Program-made: the position numbers and the translations under genes
The notes under the pieces: model-generated
What the model was told of the DNA's origin: nothing
Seen by the model: only the letters and a program-made list of their open reading frames with translations
Database searches by the model: none
Shown: positions 17,650 through 27,395 of the stretch, piece after piece
How positions within the stretch are numbered: position 1 is the first letter of the stretch
How the letters are laid out: every line of letters starts with the position of its first letter
From: Terriglobia bacterium
Lineage (GTDB): Bacteria > Acidobacteriota > Terriglobia > JAJPHL01
Direction: 5' to 3'
Assembly (NCBI GenBank): GCA_021325275.1
Contig: JAJPHL010000031.1
Coordinates: forward strand, 5,096-69,095
DNA: 64,000 nucleotides

Positions 17650-19990
17650 CGCATGTTTGTATGTCGGGTTGTCTGTGGCGCTCCTTGCGGCGGCCGCGGC
17701 AGCGCAGCCGCCGGCGCCGCTGGCCCCGCCGTTGGAATCAGACAAGCCCACCATGGCGGGCAGCTATGAAATCCGCCAGACCATCGAGTTCGGCGGACAC
17801 GCCACGCATTTCGGCGGAAACTCCGGCATGTGGGACACCTTCGTGAATCTCGGCACGGGTCCGCGCCTGCTCGATTACACGCTGGACCTGCATTCGCCCA
17901 ATCACAACGGATTGCTCTTCGACGATTTGACGTTCACCAATTTCGGCTATGGCGGCGATCCTAACAACGTGAGCCGGCTGCGCATCTTGAAAAGCAAGTA
18001 TTACAACTTCACCGGCACATTTCGCCGCGACGTCAACGTGTTCGATTACGATTTGTTCGCCAATCCGCTGAACCCATCGAACTCCAACCCCAACTTGCCG
18101 GTGCTGCAATCGCCGCACGAAATGTTCCTCGTCCGGCGCATGACCGACCTGAACCTGACGCTGCTTCCGGTGAGCAAAGTGCGTTTCCGCCTCGGATGGT
18201 CGCGCGTGACGAATCAAGGAACCTCGTTCACCACGTATCACGAAGGCACCGAGACGCTGCTCGACGAGCCTACGTTGAATATCACCGATACCTATCGCCT
18301 CGGTGTCACCTTCAAGGTTCGTCACCGCACCAGTTTGCAGTTCGATGAAATGTTCACGCACTTCAAGGGCGACACCTCGGCGACGCTGGCGTCGAGCGCC
18401 ACGATGGCGGGGTTTGGTTTCCCGTCGTTTCAATTGGCCGGCAATATTCCCGTAAATCTTGGACTGCCGTTCAACACGGGAGCCACCACGCCGTGCGCCG
18501 CGCCGGTGTTGGCCACGGGATTCGCGAATCCCACGTGCAACGGCTACCTTAGCTTTGTGCAATCCGGACGCACACGCAATTCGTTTCCCACCGAGCAAGC
18601 CAGTTTTCAGAGCAGCGAAAGTCCGCAGTGGGATTTTTCGGGCAAGCTCAGCTACACCGACGCCACCGCCAATCTGCCTTCCTACGATCAATTCTTCAAT
18701 GGACTCGTTTCGCGCTCGGCCGTTCGCACCGAGGGAATCACCGGCGCGTCGACGGCGAAGCACATTGCCCTGAACGGCGATTTCGCGGCGACCTATCACG
18801 CCACCGAGAAGTTGCGCATCGTCGACACGCTGCGCTACTCCGCGTTCCGCAATCCGGGATCGTGGAGCCTGGTGACCGCCGATACGTTCGGCGCGTCGCT
18901 GCTGGTGAATCCCAATACGTTTTCCACGACAACGTGTCCGTCGCCGTTTACCGGCGCCGGCTGCCCGCAGCATACCTCGAGCTCCAGCGCCGATCTCACG
19001 GTCGATAATCGCACCGACTTCATGGCGCAGCAGCAAACCATCAACACGTTCGAGTTGGAATACGATTTCACGCCGAAGCTCATGGCGCACCTGGGCCATC
19101 GCTACGAGCACCGCGAGATCACCGACAATGTGGTCGACTATTCGGTGCAAACGTTCCTGCCCACGCTGCCGAATCGCGGCGCGTGCGCGGGCATCGCGCT
19201 CAGTTCCACGGGAACGTGCACCACAACGGTGCCGAGCATCGACAACGGCAACTTCTTCGTGCCGATCAACTCGAATTCGGCCATCGGCGGCTTTACCTAT
19301 CGGCCCAACGAGAAATTCCGTTTCACGGCCGACGCGGAAATCTTCTACGCCGACAACGTATACACACGCATCAGCCCGCGCCATTTGCAGGACTATCGGT
19401 GGCGCGCGGTCTACAAGCCGCTTCCCTGGGTGAACCTGGGGTCGACCATCCGCATCCAGGAGAATCGCAACAATACGGCGGCCATCGGCAACTTGCAGCA
19501 CAATCGCAATTACGCGTTCAACGCCGTGATGGCTCCGCCTTCGGCCAACTGGGGCTTCGATTTTTCGTACAGCTACCAGGACATTTTCTCGCAAACCAAC
19601 ATTTGTTTTGTCTCCACGCCCGCGCCGCTGAATTCGCTCAGTTGCGGATCGCCGTACCTGCAGGGACTGTCGTATTACACCGAACTCGCGCACAACGGCT
19701 CCACTTCGTTCTTCTTCAAGCCCGCGTCGAACGTCACGGCGGGCGTCGGCTACACGATCACCAGCACGGCGGGAAACACCTTGATCCTGAATCCGATTGC
19801 GCCGACCGGGCCGCTAAGCTATAACTACCACCTGCCGATGGTCTCTCTAGCCGCTCAGCTTTCCAAGCACGTGAGCTACAAATCGAGTTGGAGTTTTTAC
19901 GATTACCATGAGAAATCGGCTCCGGGACCGACGCTGCCGCGCGGATTTCACGGCGGCGTGATCACCATGTCGCTGCGGTACTCGCTGTAA
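17627..19990 (+). CDS. MtrB/PioB-like outer-membrane beta-barrel associated with the decaheme cytochrome
   Basis: Signal peptide, aromatic-rich amphipathic beta strands, C-terminal SLRYSL; overlaps the decaheme gene end. Confidence 0.8.
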   Translation: MNSSSNRNACLYVGLSVALLAAAAAAQPPAPLAPPLESDKPTMAGSYEIRQTIEFGGHATHFGGNSGMWDTFVNLGTGPRLLDYTLDLHSPNHNGLLFDDLTFTNFGYGGDPNNVSRLRILKSKYYNFTGTFRRDVNVFDYDLFANPLNPSNSNPNLPVLQSPHEMFLVRRMTDLNLTLLPVSKVRFRLGWSRVTNQGTSFTTYHEGTETLLDEPTLNITDTYRLGVTFKVRHRTSLQFDEMFTHFKGDTSATLASSATMAGFGFPSFQLAGNIPVNLGLPFNTGATTPCAAPVLATGFANPTCNGYLSFVQSGRTRNSFPTEQASFQSSESPQWDFSGKLSYTDATANLPSYDQFFNGLVSRSAVRTEGITGASTAKHIALNGDFAATYHATEKLRIVDTLRYSAFRNPGSWSLVTADTFGASLLVNPNTFSTTTCPSPFTGAGCPQHTSSSSADLTVDNRTDFMAQQQTINTFELEYDFTPKLMAHLGHRYEHREITDNVVDYSVQTFLPTLPNRGACAGIALSSTGTCTTTVPSIDNGNFFVPINSNSAIGGFTYRPNEKFRFTADAEIFYADNVYTRISPRHLQDYRWRAVYKPLPWVNLGSTIRIQENRNNTAAIGNLQHNRNYAFNAVMAPPSANWGFDFSYSYQDIFSQTNICFVSTPAPLNSLSCGSPYLQGLSYYTELAHNGSTSFFFKPASNVTAGVGYTITSTAGNTLILNPIAPTGPLSYNYHLPMVSLAAQLSKHVSYKSSWSFYDYHEKSAPGPTLPRGFHGGVITMSLRYSL

Positions 19991-20016
19991 AACTGCCATT
20001 GACGAGAGGAGACCGA

Positions 20017-20322
20017 ATGAAAGCTTCGCTGAAACTGCTGTTCCTGATCCTGATGGTAGCCGCTGTGGGCCTGTGGGCCGATGACGCCGCGACGATCTAT
20101 AAGTCAAAGTGCCAGGCGTGCCACGGCGCCGATGGCAAAGGCTCCGCCGTCGGCCAGAAGATAGGCGTAATCTCTTTTCAAGATCCGGCGGTTGTGAAAA
20201 TGTCGGACGCCGAACTGTTCGACACCACCAAAAAGGGCAAGAACAAAATGCCCGCGTACGACGGCAAGTTGTCCGACGCCGACATCAAGGCGGTGGTGAA
20301 GTTTTGCCGCGATTTGAAGTAA
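20017..20322 (+). CDS. Periplasmic monoheme class I cytochrome c
   Basis: Signal peptide, CQACH, KMPAY distal Met; RBS AGGAG. Confidence 0.9.
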   Translation: MKASLKLLFLILMVAAVGLWADDAATIYKSKCQACHGADGKGSAVGQKIGVISFQDPAVVKMSDAELFDTTKKGKNKMPAYDGKLSDADIKAVVKFCRDLK

Positions 20323-20341
20323 TCGTTTTTCAGGAGAACGC

Positions 20342-20941
20342 ATGGCACTGATTCTCACCGGCGTTGCGCTGGTCCTGGTATGCGTGGTGGCGGCCGCGCC
20401 GGGCGTCACGGCGAATCCCAGCGGCAAAGTGCTGGCCTTCGTCGCGCTGTTCCTGCTTCCGGCCACCGCCGGCTTTTTCGGCGTGACGCAGCATTACGAG
20501 CATTCCAAGGACACGTCGTTTTGTCTCTCGTGCCACGTAATGGAACCCTACGGCCGCTCTTTGTATCGCGACGACAAGAACTTCATCCCGGCTGCGCATT
20601 TCCAAAACGCGCGCATTCCGCGCGACCAGGCGTGCTATACGTGCCACACCAATTACACGATCTTCGGCACGGTGCACGACAAGCTCCGCGGGCTGAAGCA
20701 CGCTTACAAGTACTACATCGCAACGCCCGCGAATCCCATCAAGCTCTACGAGCCCTTCAACAATCGCGAGTGCCTGCATTGTCACGCGGGCGCGCGCAGC
20801 TTCGAGGAAGGCCCGGTGCATTCGGCCATGATGGACGATATCAAGGGGAACAAACTTTCCTGCGTGTCGTCGGGATGCCACGACCAAATCCATGACGTGG
20901 CGCATTTGAGCAACGCAAAAATGTGGAGCGCGCCCAGATGA
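20342..20941 (+). CDS. NapC/NirT (CymA-like) membrane-anchored tetraheme cytochrome c
   Basis: N-terminal TMs; FCLSCHVM, CYTCH, CLHCH and atypical CVSSGCH. Confidence 0.85.
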   Translation: MALILTGVALVLVCVVAAAPGVTANPSGKVLAFVALFLLPATAGFFGVTQHYEHSKDTSFCLSCHVMEPYGRSLYRDDKNFIPAAHFQNARIPRDQACYTCHTNYTIFGTVHDKLRGLKHAYKYYIATPANPIKLYEPFNNRECLHCHAGARSFEEGPVHSAMMDDIKGNKLSCVSSGCHDQIHDVAHLSNAKMWSAPR

Positions 20942-21132
20942 GCGAACCTAGCGTCCCAACCATCTATCGCAAGCTACGCCTCTCCGCCCTGCTGATCGCC
21001 GCGGGACTTGTCGTGGAAGCCATAACCCTGGAACTCGCGCATCCACTCGCGTTCATGGGATTCCTCGGTCTCGCGGGACCGCTGATCGCAGCGGGCGTGG
21101 TGACGTTCCTGTGGGCGCTGGTCTCGCCTTAG
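20938..21132 (+). CDS. Small two-TM membrane protein, translationally coupled to NapC/NirT
   Basis: ATGA overlap; two hydrophobic helices. Confidence 0.7.
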   Translation: MSEPSVPTIYRKLRLSALLIAAGLVVEAITLELAHPLAFMGFLGLAGPLIAAGVVTFLWALVSP

Positions 21133-21944
21133 TTCTCCGACGCCTTTTCCACGTGTTCAATCACCAATACTTCGACCGCCTGCTTCGACGATTCCAGGCG
21201 CAGGCCGAGTTGTTGCTGTAGCGCGGTGAAGATCGAAGGAGCAGCATCCGGCGCGCCTGTTGAATCGCCGGGCGCAAATTCCAAATGCAAGTCGAATTTT
21301 TCCGTGAAGCCCGTTTTGTCGACCACCGTGCGACGGACATCGCTGGAGATCACCTCGATCAGTTTGGGCATCGCGATGCTAAAAGCGTCGACCCGATCCG
21401 TTCGATCGGGAGCAGCGGTAACCATCGTTCGCCTGAGCCCCCCGCAAATGTTGGCCGGCCGACTCGGCGTAGGCGGACTAGCCGGATCCAGCGTGATGCA
21501 ACTTCCTTCCTTGGCGCTCTGAATCTTGAATCCGCCTTTGGCGGCCACCAGGTCATAGACGGGAAATTCCTTCGACTCCCGGCGTAATTTGAGTTTGAAT
21601 CGCTCCGCCAGCAACGCCTGAAGCATTGGGCGCATCTCGGCCGACGTAGCGTCGCCGTCGGCTTTCGCGATCACATCGTAGCGATCGGCGTTCACCCAAG
21701 CCGGCGCGCCCTGCACCTGAAAGTCCTTCACGTTGTAAGCCGCCTGAATCAGCAGGCTGAGCGGCGCATTCTTCATAGTGAATCGGCCGTTGCGGATAAC
21801 CGGCCTCAACAGGTTCATTTCGACGTCGTCGGGAGGCGGATGGACACCGGGAATCTGCTTGACCGACGCGACTTCGAATCTCGCGGCGGGTGCTTGAGCG
21901 AAGGCCAGCGTCGCCCACATAGCGATGGTCCAAATGTTTTTCAT
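21129..21944 (-). CDS. TIGR03435 (DUF3738) family protein
   Basis: FEVASVK..LIQAAYNV..MLQALLAERFKL..VVDKTG..SIFTALQQQLGLRLE..VIEHVEKASEN. Confidence 0.9.
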   Translation of the reverse strand: MKNIWTIAMWATLAFAQAPAARFEVASVKQIPGVHPPPDDVEMNLLRPVIRNGRFTMKNAPLSLLIQAAYNVKDFQVQGAPAWVNADRYDVIAKADGDATSAEMRPMLQALLAERFKLKLRRESKEFPVYDLVAAKGGFKIQSAKEGSCITLDPASPPTPSRPANICGGLRRTMVTAAPDRTDRVDAFSIAMPKLIEVISSDVRRTVVDKTGFTEKFDLHLEFAPGDSTGAPDAAPSIFTALQQQLGLRLESSKQAVEVLVIEHVEKASEN

Positions 21945-21949
21945 AGGCG

Positions 21950-22291
21950 TCACTTCGCTAAGGGCGACGGGGAAAACATTTTCCGCGCGAAGGCGCCCGC
22001 GTATCCGGCGACGAGCGCGATCGCCATCACGACCACCGCGACAATCGGCAATCCTTTTACGGCGCCTTTTCCGAAGAGAATCTCGGCGCCGGGAATGCTC
22101 GCGGCCACCAAGAGCGGCCACAGCCACGCCCTCGCCGGATCGAGACAACCGAGCGTAAACGCCGTGACGCAGAGCAGGCCCACCTCCACGCCCGTATCGT
22201 CGGTGTGCAATTCGTAGTGACCGAAGAACGCCATGGCGCCCGCGCAAAGCACGCAAGCCACCGCCATTGCCAGCCTGGAAGAAGAAGTCAT
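21950..22291 (-). CDS. Hypothetical small membrane protein
   Basis: About four hydrophobic helices; directly upstream of TIGR03435 gene. Confidence 0.65.
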   Translation of the reverse strand: MTSSSRLAMAVACVLCAGAMAFFGHYELHTDDTGVEVGLLCVTAFTLGCLDPARAWLWPLLVAASIPGAEILFGKGAVKGLPIVAVVVMAIALVAGYAGAFARKMFSPSPLAK

Positions 22292-22530
22292 GCACGCAGG
22301 GTAGCGCAATCACATTGCGTTGTAAAGTACTTTTTGTTGGCTGCGGCTGGGGAAACCCACTACGGGATTTTTCCCGGCAAAATCATGGTTCTACCCGATA
22401 CCAGTCGGCGAAGCCCACTCGCTAGAATGATTTCTGTAACCCACTCCACCAGGGGTGGCCGGCATGCCTCGCTACGCCTCCAATAACCCGGTCACCCCTT
22501 CAAAGGCAGTTCTTAAAAGCAGGGCTCGGC

Positions 22531-22989
22531 ATGTTTGATATACGACGCTGGTTTTCATCCGCGCCGGCGGCCGGCGGCAACGCGACCACGCGCCTATGCG
22601 ACAATCCGGGGAGTGTCCGCCTGCTGGCGATTCTGCCCGGCGCCGGCGACGCCGAGCAACTTCGCGGCGTCGTCGAGCAACTCGACTGGAGCGTATCGAT
22701 CGCCGGGACGGAATCACAAGCCATGGCGCTTTTGCAAGGCGAGCCGATCACCGCCGTCATCTGCGATCAGGATTTGCCGGATGAAGATTGGCGCGACGTC
22801 ATCACGCGCATCGCCGCCCTGCCGCATGCGCCGTGCGTGCTGCTGGCCTCGCGCGTTATGGACCAATATCTGTGGAATGAAGTGATCCAATGCCGTGGCT
22901 ACGACGTTGTCTCGAAGCCGTTTCAGCGCGAAGAACTGCGTCGCGTGCTGTCGTTTGCCTTGTCCTTTCCGGAGCGCCCTTCCCTATGA
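22531..22989 (+). CDS. Stand-alone response-regulator receiver protein
   Basis: VICDQDLPD, VLLAS, GYDVVSKPF. Confidence 0.8.
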   Translation: MFDIRRWFSSAPAAGGNATTRLCDNPGSVRLLAILPGAGDAEQLRGVVEQLDWSVSIAGTESQAMALLQGEPITAVICDQDLPDEDWRDVITRIAALPHAPCVLLASRVMDQYLWNEVIQCRGYDVVSKPFQREELRRVLSFALSFPERPSL

Positions 22990-24218
22990 ATCGACCCACA
23001 TTGCTTGTACCACCTTTTCTTGCTTTGCTCGCACTACTCTCAGGCTGCGAGAAAAACGAGCCTGTCGCCGCTGCCGAAAACACGGCGCCCGATGTCGCCG
23101 TCGCGAAAGTCGCGCGCAAGACGCTCGATCGCACGCTCACGGTATCCTCGGAACTTGTGCCCTTCCAAGTGATCGACGTATACGCGAAAGAATCGGGCTT
23201 TATTCGGCAGCTTTTTGTCGACTACGGCTCGCGCGTGAAAGCGGGACAAGTGTTGGCGATTCTCGAAATCCCGGAACTCGAAGTGCAGCTTCGCCAGGAC
23301 GAGGCGACGATCCGGAACGCCGAAGCGCGCGTGAACCTGGCCGAGCGCGAAGTGCAGCGCGCGCGCGCGCAAGCCAACGTTTTGCATCTTCAATACGACC
23401 GCCTCGCGAACGTCGTGAAGGAAAAGCCGGGACTGGTCGCGCAGCAGGAAGTGGACGACGCGCAAGGCAAGGACCTCGCCGCCGCCGCCAACGTCGATGC
23501 CTCGCAAGCCAATTTGCAAGCCGCGCAGAGCGATCTGCAAGCGATGCAAGCAAAAAAAGAGCACGACAAAGTGCTTTTCGACTACGCGAGGATCACCGCG
23601 CCGTTCGACGGCGTGGTCACCCAGCGTTACGCGAATCTCGGAACATTGATGCAAGCCGGCACGAGTTCCTCGACGCAAGCCATGCCGCTGGTGCGCATCT
23701 CCGAGGATCAGAAATTCCGGCTGGTCATTCCCGTGCCCGAGTCGTACGTGCCGATGATCCACGTGGGATCGCCGGTGGAAGTGCGCGTGCCGTCCTTGAA
23801 TCGCACGCTGCCCGGAACGATCGCGCGTTTCTCCACCGACGTAAAAGAAGATACGCGCACGATGCACACCGAAGTCGACGTGCCGAATCCCGACCGGTCG
23901 CTGGTGGAAGGACAATATGCGGAGGCCTCCATCACGCTCGACCACAAGGAAGGTGCGCTCGCCGTGCCGTTGGCGGCGGTGGCGCGGAATGGTCCCGAGA
24001 CGATCGTGTTTGTCGTTGATGGATCGGGCAAGCTCGACGCGCGGCGCGTCACGCTGGGCATTCAAACCGCCACCGACGCGGAGATCCTCTCCGGACTGAA
24101 GGAGGGCGACCTCGTCGTCACCGGCGATCGCGGCGGATTGCGCACCGGACAAATGGTCCATCCCAAGATCGCCGCCGAGGCGAAGCCGGACGCCGCCGAC
24201 CCGGCGAAGGAGCAATAG
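22986..24218 (+). CDS. RND efflux periplasmic adaptor (MFP), lipoprotein
   Basis: LSGC lipobox; VDYGSRVKAGQVL, ITAPFDGVV. Confidence 0.92.
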   Translation: MNRPTLLVPPFLALLALLSGCEKNEPVAAAENTAPDVAVAKVARKTLDRTLTVSSELVPFQVIDVYAKESGFIRQLFVDYGSRVKAGQVLAILEIPELEVQLRQDEATIRNAEARVNLAEREVQRARAQANVLHLQYDRLANVVKEKPGLVAQQEVDDAQGKDLAAAANVDASQANLQAAQSDLQAMQAKKEHDKVLFDYARITAPFDGVVTQRYANLGTLMQAGTSSSTQAMPLVRISEDQKFRLVIPVPESYVPMIHVGSPVEVRVPSLNRTLPGTIARFSTDVKEDTRTMHTEVDVPNPDRSLVEGQYAEASITLDHKEGALAVPLAAVARNGPETIVFVVDGSGKLDARRVTLGIQTATDAEILSGLKEGDLVVTGDRGGLRTGQMVHPKIAAEAKPDAADPAKEQ

Positions 24219-24221
24219 CCC

Positions 24222-27200
24222 ATGTCCGGGTTCTCCATTCGCAATCCTTACTTCATCGTTGTGCTTTGCCTCGCGCTGATGGTCATCGGCGCGACCAGCC
24301 TTTCGCGCATGCCGGTGGATTTGTTCCCCACGATCAATCTGCCGGAAGTGGTAGTCGCGACATTTTTCTCCGGCATGCCGCCGCAGGACATCGAGACCGA
24401 CATCACCAATCCGCTGGAGCGATTCTTCACCATGGCCAGCGGCATCGATCACATGGAATCGCGCTCGATGCTCGGCGTGAGCATGATCAAAGTGTTTTTC
24501 CAGCCCGGCTCCAACGCCGACGCCGACGTCACGCAGCTCGCCAACTTGTCGCTCGCCGACTTGAAACGTCTTCCGCCGGGAACGCTGCCGCCGGTGGTGT
24601 TGAAATTCGACTCCAGCAGTTTGCCCGTGTGTCTCGTGACGCTGAAAGGCGAAGGCCTCACGCAAACGCAGCTTCACGACGTCGGGCAATTCACGATCCG
24701 CAATCAAATCGCCGTCGTGAAAGGCGCGGTGATTCCGCCGCCCTTCGGTGGAAAGTATCGCCAGGTGATGGTCTACGTCGATCCTTACAAACTGATGTCG
24801 CGGCAGTTGAGCTTGATGGACGTGGTCAACTCGGTGAACTCCAGCAACCTGATTCTTCCCGCGGGCGACGTGAAGATCGGGCCATACGACTACTACGTCT
24901 ACACCAACAGCTTGGTGGATAAGGTCGATGAGTTGAACGCGGTGCCGATCAAGACCGTCGGCACAAGTTCGGTTACCGTCGGCGACGTTGGACGAGCCGA
25001 GGACGCCGCGCAAATTCAGTACAACGTGGTGCGCGTCGACGGTCAGCGCTCCGTTTTTCTGCCGATCATGAAGGCGGGCGGCGACACCAATACCATCGCG
25101 GTGGTTGACGGCATCCGCGATATGACGTCGAAGTTGTTCGACATCCCCGCACAGTTGAAGACCGCCGTGGTTTTCGATCAATCGGCGTACGTGAAGCAAG
25201 CCATCGACACGGTGTTGCACGAAGGAACTCTCGGGTTGCTGCTGACGAGCCTGATGATTTTGGTTTTCCTCGGCAGCCTGCGGGCCACCACCGCCGTTTT
25301 CCTCTCGATCCCGCTCTCGGCGATGGCCGCGTTTGTGGCGCTCTTCCTGATGGGCTCGACGATCAACACGATGATCCTGGCGGGACTCGCGCTGGCGTTC
25401 TCCCGCGTGATCGACAACTCCGTAATTTCGCTCGAAAACATTTATCGTCACCTGGAAATGGGAGCGCCGCCGAAGCAGGCAGCGGAAGAAGGCGGCCGGG
25501 AAGTCAACTTGGCCGTGCTCGCGGCAACGCTCGTGGATGTGGTGGACTTTTATCCCGTAACGTTTCTCTTCGGTGTGAGTCAGTTCCTGTTCTCCGCGCT
25601 GGCGCTTTCGTTTGTGCTTTCGATGCTGGCGTCGTACGTCGTGGCCATGACCGTGATTCCGCTGTTCTGCGCGAATTTCATGAAGAACGTTCCGAAGCAC
25701 GGCGAAGAAGCCTTCGGCGAAGGCCACGCCGCCGTGTACGGTGAAGGCGACTTGATCAAGGCGCCGAGTTGGGGCGCGCGATTCAATCACTGGTTTAATC
25801 GCGGCTTCACGCGATTGCTCGATTTCTACGAGCGCTGGGTGCGGCGCGCGTGCGCGCGTCCCGCGCTGACGGTGGCTCTGCTGATGGCGTTGTTCGTCGC
25901 CAGTCTGGGGATCTATCCGTTCCTGGGTCTGGCGTTTTTTCCGCGCACCGACGCCGGACAATTCACGATCAATTTGAAGGCGCCCACCGGTTCGCGCATC
26001 GAAACCACCGAACATGCCGTCGCCGAAGTGGAAGATTTGATCAAACAAACCGTCTCCAAAGACGACTTCAAGATGGTGGTGTCGAACATCGGCGTGGTTC
26101 CCGATTTCTCGGCCCTCTACACCACGAACGCGGGACCCTACACCGCGACGGTCCAAGTGGCGCTTAATGAAAACCACGCGGTTGGCAGTTATGAGTACAT
26201 GGCGCGGGTCCGCCGCGCCATCGCCGAGCGTCATCCCGAACTGCGCACGTTTTTCTCGAGCGGATCGATGGTCGACGCGATCATCAACACCGGAATGCCC
26301 GCGCCGATCGACGTGCAAGTGAGCACCAAGGATTTGGTGAAGAGCCATCAAATCGCCGAAGACCTCGGCCGGCGGATTCGCGCGCTGAAAAACGTCGACG
26401 AAGTGTATATCCCGCAGGACATGAACTATCCGGCGATCAAACTGGAGCTCGACCGCGTACACGCGGCCGAGATGGGGTTGAGTCTGAAGGACGTGGTGCA
26501 AAACGTGATCACCGCGCTCAACTCGAACACCATGATCGCGCCGAACTATTGGGTGGACTATCAGAGCGGCAACGATTATTTCCTCACCGTGCAGTATTAC
26601 GAGCAAGGCAAGCCGTCAATTCACAATCTCGTCGACTTGAAGAGCATTCCGTTGCGCGCGCCGAAACTCACGCAGCCCACCACGCTCGATTCCGTCGTGA
26701 AAGTCGTGAACGAACAAACGCCCACCGAAGTGGATCACTACCAGATCCAGCGCATCACCGACGTTTACGTCACGCCGCGCGGCGAAGATCTCGGCAAGGT
26801 GCGCGCGCAAGTGTTGCAAGCGATCACCGACATGCACCTGCCGACAAACATTCGCGTGGAATTGCGCGGCATGGTGCAAGGCATGGAGGCGTCGTTTCAA
26901 CGCTTCGCCGTCGGTTTCATTCTCTCGTTCGTGCTGCTGTACCTGATTCTCGTCGCGCAGTTCCGTTCCTTCGTCGATCCGTTTTTGATCATGCTGGCAA
27001 TCCCGATGGGATTTATCGGCGTGCTCATCACGCTGCCCCTGACAGGAACCACGCTGAACGTGATGTCGCTGATGGGCGTGCTGATGCTCGTCGGTATCGC
27101 CGACTCGAACAGTATTTTGATCGTGGACTTCGCGCACAATCTGGAAAGACAAGGACTGCCCGTGGCCGACGCCGTGATCACCGCGTGCCGCGTGCGTCTG

Positions 27201-27395
27201 CGCCCCATCCTGATGACCTCGCTCGCGTCGATCATCGGCATGCTGCCGATGGCGCTGAAGATGGGCACGGGCGCGGAACAATACGCGCCGATGGCGCGCG
27301 CCATCATCGGCGGGCTGGCGTCGTCGGTGCTGTTGACGGTTTTCATCGTGCCGGCCGCGTACCTGCTGGTCTACGGAAAGAAGGAAAAAGCATGA
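24222..27395 (+). CDS. RND efflux permease (AcrB/AcrD/AcrF family)
   Basis: 1057 aa; MPVDLFP, IDNSV..ENIYRH, RLRPILMT. Confidence 0.95.
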   Translation: MSGFSIRNPYFIVVLCLALMVIGATSLSRMPVDLFPTINLPEVVVATFFSGMPPQDIETDITNPLERFFTMASGIDHMESRSMLGVSMIKVFFQPGSNADADVTQLANLSLADLKRLPPGTLPPVVLKFDSSSLPVCLVTLKGEGLTQTQLHDVGQFTIRNQIAVVKGAVIPPPFGGKYRQVMVYVDPYKLMSRQLSLMDVVNSVNSSNLILPAGDVKIGPYDYYVYTNSLVDKVDELNAVPIKTVGTSSVTVGDVGRAEDAAQIQYNVVRVDGQRSVFLPIMKAGGDTNTIAVVDGIRDMTSKLFDIPAQLKTAVVFDQSAYVKQAIDTVLHEGTLGLLLTSLMILVFLGSLRATTAVFLSIPLSAMAAFVALFLMGSTINTMILAGLALAFSRVIDNSVISLENIYRHLEMGAPPKQAAEEGGREVNLAVLAATLVDVVDFYPVTFLFGVSQFLFSALALSFVLSMLASYVVAMTVIPLFCANFMKNVPKHGEEAFGEGHAAVYGEGDLIKAPSWGARFNHWFNRGFTRLLDFYERWVRRACARPALTVALLMALFVASLGIYPFLGLAFFPRTDAGQFTINLKAPTGSRIETTEHAVAEVEDLIKQTVSKDDFKMVVSNIGVVPDFSALYTTNAGPYTATVQVALNENHAVGSYEYMARVRRAIAERHPELRTFFSSGSMVDAIINTGMPAPIDVQVSTKDLVKSHQIAEDLGRRIRALKNVDEVYIPQDMNYPAIKLELDRVHAAEMGLSLKDVVQNVITALNSNTMIAPNYWVDYQSGNDYFLTVQYYEQGKPSIHNLVDLKSIPLRAPKLTQPTTLDSVVKVVNEQTPTEVDHYQIQRITDVYVTPRGEDLGKVRAQVLQAITDMHLPTNIRVELRGMVQGMEASFQRFAVGFILSFVLLYLILVAQFRSFVDPFLIMLAIPMGFIGVLITLPLTGTTLNVMSLMGVLMLVGIADSNSILIVDFAHNLERQGLPVADAVITACRVRLRPILMTSLASIIGMLPMALKMGTGAEQYAPMARAIIGGLASSVLLTVFIVPAAYLLVYGKKEKA

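Noticed and set aside
14775-21132. Genomic island integrated at selC
   Set aside because: No integrase and no duplicated tRNA 3' end seen in the window.
23040-26606. 1188-aa antisense ORF and similar long shadow ORFs (e.g. 17738..19693, 34049..35932)
   Set aside because: Mirror frames of well-supported genes in high-GC DNA with no recognisable motifs.
26549-27391. N-terminal extensions in ORF-track calls (TolC 26549, holA 60460, modC 58472, hydrolase 15943)
   Set aside because: They overlap upstream genes; downstream ATGs give proper signal peptides or family N-termini.
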